The notes: a model not told the origin generated them from the sequence alone. 64,000 nt of DNA from Gammaproteobacteria bacterium (GCA_965277715.1 OZ255836.1:2720001-2784000), one strand, 5' to 3'. Positions 1 to 10,722 are shown, counted from the first letter of the stretch. Made by a program: numbers and translations.

Positions 1-906
1 GGCGCGCATTTGGCCTATGGCGATATCGGTGGTGACTTCCGGCCAGCGTGCAGCGGGGTTGACCCAGCCACCATCGGTGCCGGTGACTTCAAATTTGAGA
101 CCGTGGATGTGGATCGGGTGGTTGGTCATGGTGAGATTGCCCATACGCACGCGCACGCGCTCACCTGTGCGACACACCAAGTGATCAATACCGGGAAACA
201 CACGGCTGTTCCAGGTCCAGATATTGAAGTCCACCATGGTGTTGATTCGTGGAGTCATGGTGCCGGGGTCGATGTCGTAGGCGCTCATTAAAAAACAGTA
301 GTCCCGGTCGACGGCGTGCTGTTGTGGGTTTTTGGGGTGGACGACGAAAAAACCCATCATGCCCATAGCCATTTGTACCATCTCATCGGCGTGGGGGTGG
401 TACATAAAGGTGCCCGAATGGCGCGTGACGAATTCGTAGGCGAAGGTTTTACCAGGTGGAATTTGCGGTTGGCTGAGACCGCCCACACCGTCCATACCGC
501 TGGGGAGTAACATGCCGTGCCAGTGAATGGTGGTGTGTTCGGGCAATCGGTTGGTGACGTAGATGCGCACTTTATCCCCTTCTACGCACTCAATCGTCGG
601 GCCGGGTGCCTGGCCATTGTAACCCCACAGGCGCACGTCCATACCGGGAGAGAATTCACGTTCGATGGCTTCGGCAGTGAGGTGAAATTCTTTCCAGCCA
701 TTGCGCATACGGTAGGGGAGTGACCAGCCGTTGAGCGTGACGACTGGGCGATACCAGGGGCCACTGCCCGGCTCATCCGGTGGTTGCATGGTTGCGTTGC
801 TGACACTGGGTGATTCGGGTAGGGCGCCGAGCGCCGAGCGATTGACGAAACCGGCGCCCAGTGCGAGCGCGCCAGCGTGGCTTAAAAATTGTCTGCGTGT
901 TGTCAT
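1..906 (-). CDS. Multicopper oxidase (Tat-exported, CopA/Mco type), truncated by the window edge
   Basis: Not in the ORF track. Manual translation from ATG at 906 gives MTTRRQFLSHAG (twin-arginine signal) and the copper motifs TTIHWHG, FMYHPH and NHPIHIHG. The frame runs off position 1. Confidence 0.9.
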   Translation of the reverse strand, partial: MTTRRQFLSHAGALALGAGFVNRSALGALPESPSVSNATMQPPDEPGSGPWYRPVVTLNGWSLPYRMRNGWKEFHLTAEAIEREFSPGMDVRLWGYNGQAPGPTIECVEGDKVRIYVTNRLPEHTTIHWHGMLLPSGMDGVGGLSQPQIPPGKTFAYEFVTRHSGTFMYHPHADEMVQMAMGMMGFFVVHPKNPQQHAVDRDYCFLMSAYDIDPGTMTPRINTMVDFNIWTWNSRVFPGIDHLVCRTGERVRVRMGNLTMTNHPIHIHGLKFEVTGTDGGWVNPAARWPEVTTDIAIGQMRA

Positions 907-934
907 AATAATATTCCGGTTAGATGCAAGCCCT

Positions 935-2344
935 TTAGTGGGCTTCGCCGCCTACGCTGCTGGGCCGGGCGGTGTCACTGTCAAAATTCATGGTCATGGT
1001 GTTGTCATTGCCGATCAGCGCCTGTTTAAGCGCGGTGTCTGCCAGCCAGAAATCGCGTGTGGCGTCGACGTAACCGGCGGCGATGCCAGTGGCTTCACGG
1101 GCATCGTCGAGCAGGTCAAAAACACTGATTAGCATGCCGTTGTAGCGCAGTAGTTGCTCCTGGCTGATGCGCTGGCGCAATGGCAGTAGCTGGCGCTGAT
1201 AGAAACGCGCAATTTCCCAGGCGCTTTGGTAACCTGCCATGGCTTCACGGGCGCGTGAAACAGCGTTGATGGTGGTTGCCTCTGCCTGGGCCTGTGCCTG
1301 TTCAAAGAGTATTTTTGCCTTGTCATTTTTTACGCCCCCGGCGTCAAAAATGGGCAGCTTCCACTCGATTTCAAAGCCGCGCTCGGTCTCATCGTCGACA
1401 CGTTCTACCACCGGCCCGGCTTCGAGTACGCTGATAAAGGCGTTGCTACGTGTCAGGTCGAGGTTGCTGGCCATGGCCTCAAGGTTCATCTTGGCCATTT
1501 GCACATCAAGGCGTTGCAGTACTGCCTGTCGTTCGATGCTGTCGATTGCCAACGGTGTTTCCGGCAGGGTGGGAAGGCGCGATGGCAGGGACAATTGCTG
1601 TGCCTGTTCACCCCATAATCCAAGCTGGCGGATCAAGGATTCTCTGGCTGCGCCCTCGCGCAGTTGCTGCTTCGATAGGCTGGCTTTTAACTCGCCGAGA
1701 AACGCCTCTGAGCGCGCCGCATCCAGTACGCTGCTGTGGCCGATGGCACTCATCTGCCGGGTCAGGCTGTTGGCGGTTTGTGCCGCTTCGACCGCTCGCC
1801 GCACCAGCTCGGTGTGCTGGCGTTGGCTGACTGCCTGAATCCAGGCATTGCGGGTGTCCGCCAGGTAGTCGAGCACGGCGCCGGCGGCTACATAGCGCGC
1901 CTGTTCGAGGCGGCGTGCCGCCACCTGGCGGCGCAGTGGAATGAGAAACAGGCCATTGAGATCAAACAGCAGTGTCGAGTCGAATTCCCCGCCGGGAAAC
2001 TGCTCGTAGCTCAGGGTGGGGTTGGGTAGCCGCCCGGCTTGCGCGTAGTCGGCTTCGGCGACGCCAACACTCCACAGATTGGCCCTTAGCATAGGGTTTT
2101 TCTGTAGGGCGATTTTTTCAGCATCGAGCAAATCGAGTGGTTTGGCGAGTAAGTTGTCAACGACCTGTTGGCTGAGTGTTGATACCAGCCCCGGTTTTGG
2201 CAGCGCCTGTGCCAAATGGGTCTTGTTTTCCAGCAATGGTTCCAGTTGGCCGATGCCGTAGTCTTTCGGCACGCTGGTGCAGGCGGTCAGCACAGACAGT
2301 ATCAGCAATACACAAAAGCGCCTGGGGAGTATGCGCAACATCAT
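935..2344 (-). CDS. TolC-family outer membrane lipoprotein of the copper-resistance cluster
   Basis: Lipobox LTAC, helical OMF-like sequence, RYNGMLISVFDLL motif; lies directly upstream of the multicopper oxidase. Confidence 0.85.
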   Translation of the reverse strand: MMLRILPRRFCVLLILSVLTACTSVPKDYGIGQLEPLLENKTHLAQALPKPGLVSTLSQQVVDNLLAKPLDLLDAEKIALQKNPMLRANLWSVGVAEADYAQAGRLPNPTLSYEQFPGGEFDSTLLFDLNGLFLIPLRRQVAARRLEQARYVAAGAVLDYLADTRNAWIQAVSQRQHTELVRRAVEAAQTANSLTRQMSAIGHSSVLDAARSEAFLGELKASLSKQQLREGAARESLIRQLGLWGEQAQQLSLPSRLPTLPETPLAIDSIERQAVLQRLDVQMAKMNLEAMASNLDLTRSNAFISVLEAGPVVERVDDETERGFEIEWKLPIFDAGGVKNDKAKILFEQAQAQAEATTINAVSRAREAMAGYQSAWEIARFYQRQLLPLRQRISQEQLLRYNGMLISVFDLLDDAREATGIAAGYVDATRDFWLADTALKQALIGNDNTMTMNFDSDTARPSSVGGEAH

Positions 2345-3099
2345 GGCTTTTCCTCCGCGTTTGCCGTGGGAGTGGCGATATTGGTGATGACAAATCCACC
2401 CGCACTGTTGTCGATGTCAAAGTCGATTTCAGTACCTTGTTGTACGCCTTCCAGCAGAGCGGGGTCACTGACCTGAAACATCATGGTCATTGCGGGCATA
2501 CCGTATTTCTCGACTGGGCCATGTTGAATTTTGATCTTGCCCTGCTCGGCGCGTATCAACTTGACGATGCCTCTGGCGTCACTTTGTCGGCTTGCTGTCG
2601 TTAAGTGGGTGACAACAAACCCGCCACTGTCATTGTCGATGTTAAAACCAATCTCATCACCCACGGTCAGCCCCTGTAATAAGGCGGGGTCACGGGCGGT
2701 AAATAACATCGTCATCGCGGGCATGCCGTACTTTTCGACTGGGCCGTGCTGGATTTTAATTTTCCCCTGATCGACGCGTAGGTTTTTAATGACACCACGC
2801 GCATCACTACCGTTACCACTGGGTTTGGTGGGCACCTCGATCATTAGCAGTGGTTCAGGAGTGGGCAGTGAGTGTGCGCTGTTAAAGCGTTCATCACCGT
2901 TAAAGCGGGTTTTCCAGGGGAGTCGTGTATCGAGTGGTATAACCGGTTCGGTAAAAACGGTTTGGTATACCGTGCTACTGGTATGTGAGTCGGCGTGCAA
3001 TACCGGGGGGGCATGTTGGCCAATGGCTATGCTGACCGGTATGCTCGATGCTGCCAGCAGAATACTGCCGCAGATTAATTTTTTGGGTGTCGTGATCAC
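2341..3099 (-). CDS. Periplasmic copper-binding protein with two tandem CusF domains
   Basis: Two copies of KIKIQHGPVEKYGMPAMTM. Likely start is GTG at 3099 (AGAGGA upstream, signal peptide follows) rather than 3375. Confidence 0.8.
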   Translation of the reverse strand: MITTPKKLICGSILLAASSIPVSIAIGQHAPPVLHADSHTSSTVYQTVFTEPVIPLDTRLPWKTRFNGDERFNSAHSLPTPEPLLMIEVPTKPSGNGSDARGVIKNLRVDQGKIKIQHGPVEKYGMPAMTMLFTARDPALLQGLTVGDEIGFNIDNDSGGFVVTHLTTASRQSDARGIVKLIRAEQGKIKIQHGPVEKYGMPAMTMMFQVSDPALLEGVQQGTEIDFDIDNSAGGFVITNIATPTANAEEKP

Positions 3100-3215
3100 C
3101 TTGATATCCTCTTGAATCGATTGGGTGCCAGCGGTCAACCAAACCATTGACGGCTTGGCATGGGCCAGCAATCGGTAAACGCTACACAGGGCTGTGCGCC
3201 GAGCAGCGTGGGATA

Positions 3216-3569
3216 TCAGCTTTGAGGGGGGCGTTCGAGCCTTGAGATAAACCGTGTGGGCCTGCCAGGTAGGTAAACCGCCAACGGATTTATGCCAGAG
3301 GTGGGGGTTGATAGCGGTTCGGGCGGTGAGATAAACACCGTTGAGCCGACACAGTGATCCAGGCACATATTGCATTCGTCGCAGTCGAGATGCATAGAAG
3401 CGGGGAAGGCGTCATCAAACTCCACGCAGTGGGCGTTTGTGGGGGTGTCACTGGCAGGCAGTAAGGTAGGTGTTGCCAACAAGGGCGCGGCGAATAGCAG
3501 CACAGCGAGCAGGGTGCACAGGTCTTTGTGCCCTCTGGTTGCTGAAAAAAGGTGCTGTAAACCCATCAC
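3216..3569 (-). CDS. Small Cys/His-rich metal-associated protein (CopL/DUF2946-like)
   Basis: Hydrophobic N-terminus, HLDCDECNMCLDHC and C-terminal LERPP; sits at the head of the copper operon. Confidence 0.6.
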   Translation of the reverse strand: MMGLQHLFSATRGHKDLCTLLAVLLFAAPLLATPTLLPASDTPTNAHCVEFDDAFPASMHLDCDECNMCLDHCVGSTVFISPPEPLSTPTSGINPLAVYLPGRPTRFISRLERPPQS

Positions 3570-3618
3570 TTTTGAAAAGCCATTGTTTATTTAATCATCA
3601 GAATGATACAGCTGTGTT

Positions 3619-3986
3619 GTGATGCGTCAAGTGCGGAAGCCGTTACGTTACGGCAAGGCCGCTGCACCGGTTGTTGTCAACAATAGATCGGCTTTTGACT
3701 GTGGTGACGAGGCGTTAAACCTTTTTTTGCAGCGCCACGCCAGACAAAGCCATGAAAAAGGCAGTGCTAAAAGTTACCTCGTTATCGACGACGAGGATAA
3801 CAAAACCGTTTTAGGCTATTACAGTGTCAGCTCAGCCTCTATTACTTATGAACGTACACCGGCAGTAGTCAAGCGCAGTCTGGCCCGGTATGAAATACCG
3901 GTATTCCTTTGGATGATGCGCCGCTGACTTTGCTACTGCCCTTCAGTACTATCCATGCCGTGTTGGCATCGACCAGCAAGCTATGA
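3619..3986 (+). pseudogene. GNAT acetyltransferase toxin remnant (AtaT/TacT-like) with an internal deletion
   Basis: N-terminal half RSAFDCGDEALNLFLQRHARQ...LGYYSVS...YEIPVFL is joined out of frame to a C-terminal tail DDAPLTLLLPFSTI (3912-3986). The acetyl-CoA-binding core is missing and no antitoxin is seen. Confidence 0.7.
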
Positions 3987-4052
3987 TAAGCCTCTCTGCC
4001 TCTATAAAGCTATCCGGGTCGGAGTGCGCGAACAAATAAAGGGTACTGACCC

Positions 4053-5581
4053 CAATACCGCTACCTCAGCCTGGTGAAGAACTAAAATAACGTTAAAAGT
4101 CATATAGATGGGTAACGTTAGGTTTCCTTTTGAAGTATCCTTGTAAGCGACAAAACACACAAGTACTTCGCCAAAAAACCTAACGCTGACCTATTCTATG
4201 AAATTCGCTATCCGACAGCAAATTAAAACGATCAAATGTGTTTTTTTTCAGTTAAACACAGGAGACTTTAATAATTTACTCTGTTCCAAGCGTCTAAACG
4301 ACCTAAGCGAACTATCGGGCAGCTATCGAGACCGGGTATTCACCCCACTTGTTACACTGCGTTTATTTCTCTGGCAGGTGTTAAGTGATAATGGCAGTTG
4401 TAAAGAAACAGTCGCCCGTCTGCTAGTTGATCGTTTACAGGAAAACCTGCTTCCAAGTTCTTTTAATAGCGGTCCTTACTGTAAAGCCCGTCAACGTTTA
4501 TCTCTGTCGTGGGTACTTCAGGAGGTACGTTCAATCGGTTCAACGTTACATGCCAGAGCAGGTAAAATTTGGACATGGAAAGGGTATAATGTGGTGCTTG
4601 TGGATGGAACCACTGTTCTCATGCCTGATACCCAGAAAAATCAACATAAATACCCCCAGCAACAGACTCAAAAACCGGGTTTAGGTTTTCCTATTGCTCG
4701 AATAGTCGGACTCATTTCTTTAAGTTCTGGCGCTATTATTGATTATGCAATGGGAGAGTATCAAGGAAAGGGAACAGGGGAAATGTCATTATTCAGTACC
4801 CTGATGACGTCATTAACCGCCAATGATCTGTTACTGGCAGACCGCTATTACTGTACTTATGCTGTCTTAGCGGCTCTACAATCGAAAGGGGTTGCATTCG
4901 TCTCAATGAATCACGCACAAAAGAAAGCGGATTACAAAACAGGGTTAACGCTTGGTGCAAAAGATCATCTTATCGAGTGGGAAAAACCTAAAAGAAAACC
5001 GGTTTGGATGTCGCAATCAGACTTTGATCTATTGCCGAAAACCCTGACAGTTCGAGAATTTTCAGTGGATGGGACAGTCTATGTTAGCACTTTGTTGGAG
5101 GTTGATACTTACCCTAAGAAAGAGCTTTCAACACTGTATAAGGAACGTTGGAAAGTTGAATTGGATTTTCGTACAATTAAAACAGATTTGAAAATGGATA
5201 TGTTGCGATGCCATTCACCCGAGATGGTTGAAAAAGAAATAGCAACAACCTTTATGGCTTATAACCTGATTCGGGGTAGCATGGCAGAGTCAGCAAAAAC
5301 AGAGGGTGAAATAGCACGTCAAATAAGTTTTAAGGCAACGGTACAGCTACTGGGTATTGCTCATATTAAATTCATCCATTCAACATCCAGTATGATACAA
5401 AAAGCGTACACTTCCTTATTAAGGATAATCGCTTCAACGTTAATTGGCAGGAGAAAACGATCACCCCAACCAAGGGCAATTAAACGACGACCAAAAGCCT
5501 ACCCACTGTTAACTGAACCTCGTATCAAGGCCTCTCAGAGACTAAAAGATTCATTGGGTTAAACCTGAGGTAGCGGTATTG
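4053..5581 (+). mobile_element. IS4-family insertion sequence (IS-A)
   Basis: Perfect 17-bp TIR CAATACCGCTACCTCAG (4053-4069 / 5565-5581) and 11-bp direct repeat GGTACTGACCC (4042-4052 / 5582-5592). Confidence 0.93.
4198..5562 (+). CDS. IS4-family DDE transposase, apparently intact
   Basis: LVDGT, LADRYY and YKERWKVELDFRTIK (YREK signature). Confidence 0.93.
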   Translation: MKFAIRQQIKTIKCVFFQLNTGDFNNLLCSKRLNDLSELSGSYRDRVFTPLVTLRLFLWQVLSDNGSCKETVARLLVDRLQENLLPSSFNSGPYCKARQRLSLSWVLQEVRSIGSTLHARAGKIWTWKGYNVVLVDGTTVLMPDTQKNQHKYPQQQTQKPGLGFPIARIVGLISLSSGAIIDYAMGEYQGKGTGEMSLFSTLMTSLTANDLLLADRYYCTYAVLAALQSKGVAFVSMNHAQKKADYKTGLTLGAKDHLIEWEKPKRKPVWMSQSDFDLLPKTLTVREFSVDGTVYVSTLLEVDTYPKKELSTLYKERWKVELDFRTIKTDLKMDMLRCHSPEMVEKEIATTFMAYNLIRGSMAESAKTEGEIARQISFKATVQLLGIAHIKFIHSTSSMIQKAYTSLLRIIASTLIGRRKRSPQPRAIKRRPKAYPLLTEPRIKASQRLKDSLG

Positions 5582-5672
5582 GGTACTGACCCCAATACCC
5601 TGACCCCAATACCTGAAAAGGTATACCAAGATGATATACTCCGCGCCGCTTTGAATAACCCGGATTGATTGT

Positions 5673-6182
5673 GTGAATACCCTTGATTCCCCCCATTACA
5701 CCACTATTGGAGTGATCGCTGCCCTGTGGGGTGTCGGTGGGTTTCTACTGCTGTTGTTGTTTGCCATTTATCGGTTGACGCCTATCGCGCTGCAAGCATT
5801 TGAGAGCACGTTGTACTGGTATCAATGGCTGTTGTTGTTTGCCAATGGGCTTTTTATGGCGTACAGCGAAGGGTATCGCGGGTTTCAAAAGGGCTACTCA
5901 CCGCGTTTGGTTGCGCGTGCGCAGTCGCTGTTGCACGACACGACATTTATCAATCGAATCTTTGCGCCCCTGTTTTGTATGGGGTACTTCTCTGCTGAAA
6001 AGCGCCGGGTTGTCAGTACCTGGCTGCTCACTCTGATGATTGTTGTGCTGATTATTGTGTTTCATCAGTTACCACAACCGTGGCGTGGTTTGCTCGATGC
6101 CGGTGTGGTCGTGGGGTTGAGTTGGGGGGCGGTGGCGACGTTGCTGTGTGCCGTATCAGGCGGGCTGATGGTAAGAAAATAA
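5673..6182 (+). CDS. Hypothetical membrane protein
   Basis: 169 aa with about 4 hydrophobic segments and an MAYSEGYRGFQ loop; no function recognised. Confidence 0.7.
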   Translation: MNTLDSPHYTTIGVIAALWGVGGFLLLLLFAIYRLTPIALQAFESTLYWYQWLLLFANGLFMAYSEGYRGFQKGYSPRLVARAQSLLHDTTFINRIFAPLFCMGYFSAEKRRVVSTWLLTLMIVVLIIVFHQLPQPWRGLLDAGVVVGLSWGAVATLLCAVSGGLMVRK

Positions 6183-6277
6183 CGCGGGTAGCATCGGCAG
6201 GTGATGCGGGCGGTAAAGGTCTTTGTTTTGCCGCCGCTATTGGGTGTTTGTTAGCGATATTTATGCGGGCGACAGGC

Positions 6278-7141
6278 ATGGTTTCGATCAATGATACACA
6301 GGACAATGACACGGCAGCGCCGATGCCGGAGGTGCATCGCAGTATGCATAACCTCCACACATTGATGGTGGAGCCATCTATCCCCCAGCAAAAACTAATC
6401 CGGGAGCAGTTTGAAAGACAGGGCATCATTGATATAACAACGGTTGATAGTGGAACGACTGCGCTGGCCAGTATGGCTGAAATACTGCCTGATCTGGTTG
6501 TCAGTGCGATGTATTTACCCGATATGAGTGGCGTGGATTTAATCCATGCCATGCGGGTGCGCGACGATTTTGAATACACCCCATTTTTACTTATTTCCAG
6601 TGAGACGAATCATCAGCACTTGGAGCCGATTCGCCAGGCGGGGGTTGTTGGTATTTTACCCAAACCCTTTGAAGTGGATGATTTGCGCCGTGCGCTATAC
6701 GCGGCTTATGATTTGTGTGCTGCCGCCCATTTGCGCGAATCCTTTGGTATCGATTTCCACAAGCTGCAGGTGTTGTTGGTCGATGACAGTGTGATGTCCC
6801 GCAACTATATTCGACGGGTGATTGAAAACTTTGGCGTGGTGCATATCGATGACGCTGAAAACGGGCGGCAGGCAATGCAGTTATTGGCGACAAACCACTA
6901 TGATTTATTACTGACGGATTACAATATGCCGGAAATGGATGGGCAGGCATTATTGGCATTTGTCCGCCAGGAAAGCAATCAGCCAAATATCCCTGCGTTG
7001 ATGATAACCAGTGAGCAGCGTGCAGAGAGGTTGGCGGCGCTTGCGCAGGGTGGTTTGGTGACAATCTGTAATAAGCCGTTTGAACCAAGGGTAATAGGGA
7101 ATCTGATTCAGCAGGTATTGGCGTGCTCTGCGAAAAAGTGA
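6278..7141 (+). CDS. Response regulator with two CheY-like receiver domains
   Basis: First REC is degenerate (MVEPS...VVSAMYLPDMSG...KPF); second is canonical (LVDDS...LTDYNMPEMDG...KPF). Start is uncertain; the 6080 extension overlaps the upstream gene. Confidence 0.8.
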   Translation: MVSINDTQDNDTAAPMPEVHRSMHNLHTLMVEPSIPQQKLIREQFERQGIIDITTVDSGTTALASMAEILPDLVVSAMYLPDMSGVDLIHAMRVRDDFEYTPFLLISSETNHQHLEPIRQAGVVGILPKPFEVDDLRRALYAAYDLCAAAHLRESFGIDFHKLQVLLVDDSVMSRNYIRRVIENFGVVHIDDAENGRQAMQLLATNHYDLLLTDYNMPEMDGQALLAFVRQESNQPNIPALMITSEQRAERLAALAQGGLVTICNKPFEPRVIGNLIQQVLACSAKK

Positions 7142-7257
7142 GTTAGGCGCCGTTTTTTCAGATTACAGTAGATCCAATTGATTAATTTAGATTAATTAGC
7201 GGGCGTATTGGTTACAATTATTGCCTAATAGTTCATTCCATCGATACAAAGGTCACT

Positions 7258-8292
7258 ATGGATATATCTCAGTTATTAATGTTTAGCGTCAAAAATGGCT
7301 CATCAGATTTGCATTTGTCAGCGGGTGAACCGCCCATGATTCGTGTCGATGGTGAAATACGGCGTATCAACCTCCCGCCAATGGAACACAAGGAGGTGCA
7401 CACCATGATATATGACATCATGAACGATAAACAACGCAAGCAGTATGAAGAATTCCTGGAAGTCGACTTCTCATTTGAGCTACCCAATGTGGCGCGATTC
7501 CGTGTTAATGCCTTTAGCCAGAACCGTGGAGCAGGCGGGGTATTTCGTACTATTCCGACAAAGATTCAGTCACTGGAGGACTTGAAAGCACCGTCGATAT
7601 TCAAGGACATTGCTGAGTTTCCACGTGGTATTGTCCTGGTTACCGGGCCGACGGGCTCGGGCAAATCAACTACGCTGGCGGGGATGATCGATTATAAAAA
7701 TGAAAATGAGTCCGGTCATATTTTAACGATTGAAGACCCCATCGAATTTGTGCATAACAGCAAGAAGTCATTGATTAACCAACGCGAGGTACACCGCGAT
7801 ACCCACAGTTTCAGCGAGGCATTGCGCTCTGCATTGCGCGAAGACCCGGATACTATTCTGGTGGGGGAACTGCGTGACCTGGAAACTATTCGTTTGGCAT
7901 TGACCGCAGCGGAAACCGGTCACGTGGTATTCGGCACTCTGCATACCAGCTCGGCAGCTAAGACGATCGACCGTATTATCGATGTGTTTCCGGCGGCTGA
8001 GAAAAGTATGATGCGGGCGATGCTTTCAGAATCACTGCGAGCGGTTATTTCCCAGGTGCTGATGCGCAAGCCGGGTGGCGGGCGCATCGCGGCACATGAA
8101 ATCATGATCGGTACCCCCGCGATTCGCAATCTTATTCGCGAGGATAAGGTGGCACAAATGTATTCCTCCATTCAAACGGGCAGCGCGGCAGGTATGCAAA
8201 CACTCGATCAAAATCTGGCAAAACTGGTGCGCCGTGGCGAAGTCGATATTGAAGATGCAAGACGGGCGGCGGTTAATCCGGGCTCGATATAA
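7258..8292 (+). CDS. pilT: Type IV pilus retraction ATPase PilT
   Basis: SDLHLSAG, GPTGSGKST, TIEDPIE, LREDPD, AIRNLIRE. Confidence 0.96.
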   Translation: MDISQLLMFSVKNGSSDLHLSAGEPPMIRVDGEIRRINLPPMEHKEVHTMIYDIMNDKQRKQYEEFLEVDFSFELPNVARFRVNAFSQNRGAGGVFRTIPTKIQSLEDLKAPSIFKDIAEFPRGIVLVTGPTGSGKSTTLAGMIDYKNENESGHILTIEDPIEFVHNSKKSLINQREVHRDTHSFSEALRSALREDPDTILVGELRDLETIRLALTAAETGHVVFGTLHTSSAAKTIDRIIDVFPAAEKSMMRAMLSESLRAVISQVLMRKPGGGRIAAHEIMIGTPAIRNLIREDKVAQMYSSIQTGSAAGMQTLDQNLAKLVRRGEVDIEDARRAAVNPGSI

Positions 8293-8338
8293 TGTTCTTC
8301 TATAATTAACGTGGCTAACTGACAGGCAGAAGAGAGAC

Positions 8339-9439
8339 ATGGAGAGAGATAAAGCAATAAAACACATGCACGATATGTTGCGCATGCTCAAAAACAAAAA
8401 AGGTTCAGACTTATACCTCAACCCCGGCGCTGCACCCACGATAAAAATTCATGGGAAAATGGTGGCCGTCACTGAGCAAAAGCTCACCCCAGCGCATACC
8501 CAGGTGTTCGCCCGCTCGGTGATGAGTGATCGCCAGGCAGCCGAGTTTGAGGAGACCAATGAGTCTAATTTCGCTATCGATTTGCCGGGGGTTTCGCGCT
8601 TTCGTGTCAATGTCTATGTGCAACGCGGTAGTGTGGCCATTGTGGTGCGGATTATTGCCAACGAGATTCCCTCGTTCGAAGAGTTGTGCCTGCCAGATGT
8701 GCTGCGCGATGTGGCGATGACCAAGCGCGGGTTGGTGATTGTGGTGGGGGGGACCGGTACGGGTAAATCAACCACCCTGGCGTCGATGGTCGACCTGCGC
8801 AATGAGCAGGGTTCGGGGCATATTATTTCGATCGAAGATCCGGTTGAGTTTGTCCATCAGCATAAGGGCTGTCTGGTTAGCCAGCGGGAGGTTGGCACCG
8901 ATACAGAATCGTTTGCGATTGCACTGAAAAACAGCTTGCGCCAGGCGCCGGATGTTGTCCTGATTGGTGAAATTCGTGATCGGGAGACCATGGAACACGC
9001 CATCACTTTTGCCGAGACAGGGCATTTGTGCCTGGCCACATTGCACGCCAACAACACAAACCAGGCGCTGGATCGCATTATCAATTTTTTCCCGGAAGAG
9101 CGCCACCAACAACTGTTGCTCGATTTGTCGTTGAATCTGCGCGCACTGATCTCGCAGCGCCTGATACGTACCGTCGATGGCGGTGGGCGCCGTGCCGCCA
9201 TCGAAATACTGCTCAATTCGCCGTTGATGGCAGACTTGATGCTGAAAGGCGATGTAAACGAGATGAAGGAATTGATTGGCCGCTCCACGGAATCCGGGAT
9301 GCAAACATTCGACCAGGCATTATTTGAACTCATTGAAAGCGGTGTTATCTCAGCAGATGAGGCCCTGCGCCATGCTGATTCGGAGAATAATTTACGCTTG
9401 CGCATCAAGCTTGAGAGTAGACACAACCGTTTGGTTTGA
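8339..9439 (+). CDS. pilU: Type IV pilus ATPase PilU
   Basis: GGTGTGKST, LRQAPD, TLHANNTNQALDRIINFF; follows pilT. Confidence 0.94.
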   Translation: MERDKAIKHMHDMLRMLKNKKGSDLYLNPGAAPTIKIHGKMVAVTEQKLTPAHTQVFARSVMSDRQAAEFEETNESNFAIDLPGVSRFRVNVYVQRGSVAIVVRIIANEIPSFEELCLPDVLRDVAMTKRGLVIVVGGTGTGKSTTLASMVDLRNEQGSGHIISIEDPVEFVHQHKGCLVSQREVGTDTESFAIALKNSLRQAPDVVLIGEIRDRETMEHAITFAETGHLCLATLHANNTNQALDRIINFFPEERHQQLLLDLSLNLRALISQRLIRTVDGGGRRAAIEILLNSPLMADLMLKGDVNEMKELIGRSTESGMQTFDQALFELIESGVISADEALRHADSENNLRLRIKLESRHNRLV

Positions 9440-9450
9440 ATACACCCCCA

Positions 9451-10722
9451 TTACACAGCAATAAATTGCCCAGCGATCAGTGTGGCCGACACCTGCCCAC
9501 GCATCAGCCAGCCTTCATAGGGGGTGTTTTTACCCTGACTGTGTAGTGCTTTGCGTGTTACCTCCCACTCGTGGTCACGATTAAAAATACAGATATCCGC
9601 CGGTTTACCGAGGCTCAGCGTGCCGGCATTAATACCGAGGATGTTAGCGGGCATGGTGGTGGCCAGCGACAGGCAACGGGATAAATCCATGCCATCATCC
9701 GCCAGGCGCAACAACAGGGGCAACAGCGTTTCGATGCTGGACATACCAGGATACGTGGCTTGAAACGGCGCCATTTTTGCGTCTGATTCACAGGGGTTGT
9801 GATCGGAGCACACGGCATCGATCGTACCATCGGCCAGCGCCTCGCGCAGTGCCTGGAGGTCTCGCCGCTCGCGCAGTGGCGGCAATACATGGCACAGGCT
9901 GTTAAAGCCACTGATATCAATATCGCTCAAATGCAGGTGGTTGATACTAACATCCGCGCTGATGGGCAAACCATCGCGCTTTGCCTGGCGCAGCATATCG
10001 ACACCGCGCCGCGACGTGATACGCGACAAATGCAGGCGCGCCCCCGTCAGCGCCACCAGTTCAATCAATTGGGCGATTGCCACCGTCTCGGCTGCCATGG
10101 GAATACCCGGCAGGCCGAGCCGGGTCGACACTGCACCTTCATGCGCACAGCCGCCTGCGGCCAGCCAGCCATCTTGTGGTTGCAATACAATAGGAATGGC
10201 AAATGTCGCCGCGTATTCCATTGCACGGCGCAATACGCGGATATCGCGTATCGGCGTATCGGCGTTGCCCAGACCTACACACCCCTGCTGTGTCAGGGCG
10301 GATGACTCGCTTAAACGCTCGCCTTTCAGGTCGAGCGTCAATGCCCCCAGCGGCAATACCCGCGCATAGCCAGCCAGCTCGGCGCGGTTTAAAATCAGCT
10401 CGACCACAGAGGGCTCATCGATCACCGGATTGGTATCGGGCGGGCACACCAGCGAGGTCACGCCCGCCAGTGCAGCGGCGCGGGTTTCTGAGCGAATGGT
10501 GCCGCGCTGCTCGTGGCCGGGTTCACCGAGCCGTGCGCATAGATCGACTAAGCCCGGGCATACGATTTGCCCACGGGCATCAAAGGCCCGCTGTGCAGCA
10601 AAGCCTTCCGGTGCCGCACCCAAGGCAATAATGCACCCATCGGCAATGTGCAGATCAGCGACCTCATCGGTGCCATTGGCGGGGTCGATAATGCGCCCAC
10701 CTTCAATGGTAATCGCGCTCAT
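9451..10722 (-). CDS. pyrC: Dihydroorotase-like subunit (PyrC', probably non-catalytic)
   Basis: Amidohydrolase fold with PPLR, SDHNP and GKNTPY. The metal-binding HxH is replaced (DLCARL). Overlaps the end of pyrB. Confidence 0.88.
   Translation of the reverse strand: MSAITIEGGRIIDPANGTDEVADLHIADGCIIALGAAPEGFAAQRAFDARGQIVCPGLVDLCARLGEPGHEQRGTIRSETRAAALAGVTSLVCPPDTNPVIDEPSVVELILNRAELAGYARVLPLGALTLDLKGERLSESSALTQQGCVGLGNADTPIRDIRVLRRAMEYAATFAIPIVLQPQDGWLAAGGCAHEGAVSTRLGLPGIPMAAETVAIAQLIELVALTGARLHLSRITSRRGVDMLRQAKRDGLPISADVSINHLHLSDIDISGFNSLCHVLPPLRERRDLQALREALADGTIDAVCSDHNPCESDAKMAPFQATYPGMSSIETLLPLLLRLADDGMDLSRCLSLATTMPANILGINAGTLSLGKPADICIFNRDHEWEVTRKALHSQGKNTPYEGWLMRGQVSATLIAGQFIAV

Noticed and set aside
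10-1132. Plus-strand ORFs at the window start
   Set aside because: Antisense to the multicopper oxidase and TolC genes.
9451-10722. Dihydroorotase lacking HxH metal ligands as a novel pseudo-enzyme
   Set aside because: Matches the known structural PyrC' subunit of Pseudomonas-type ATCase.
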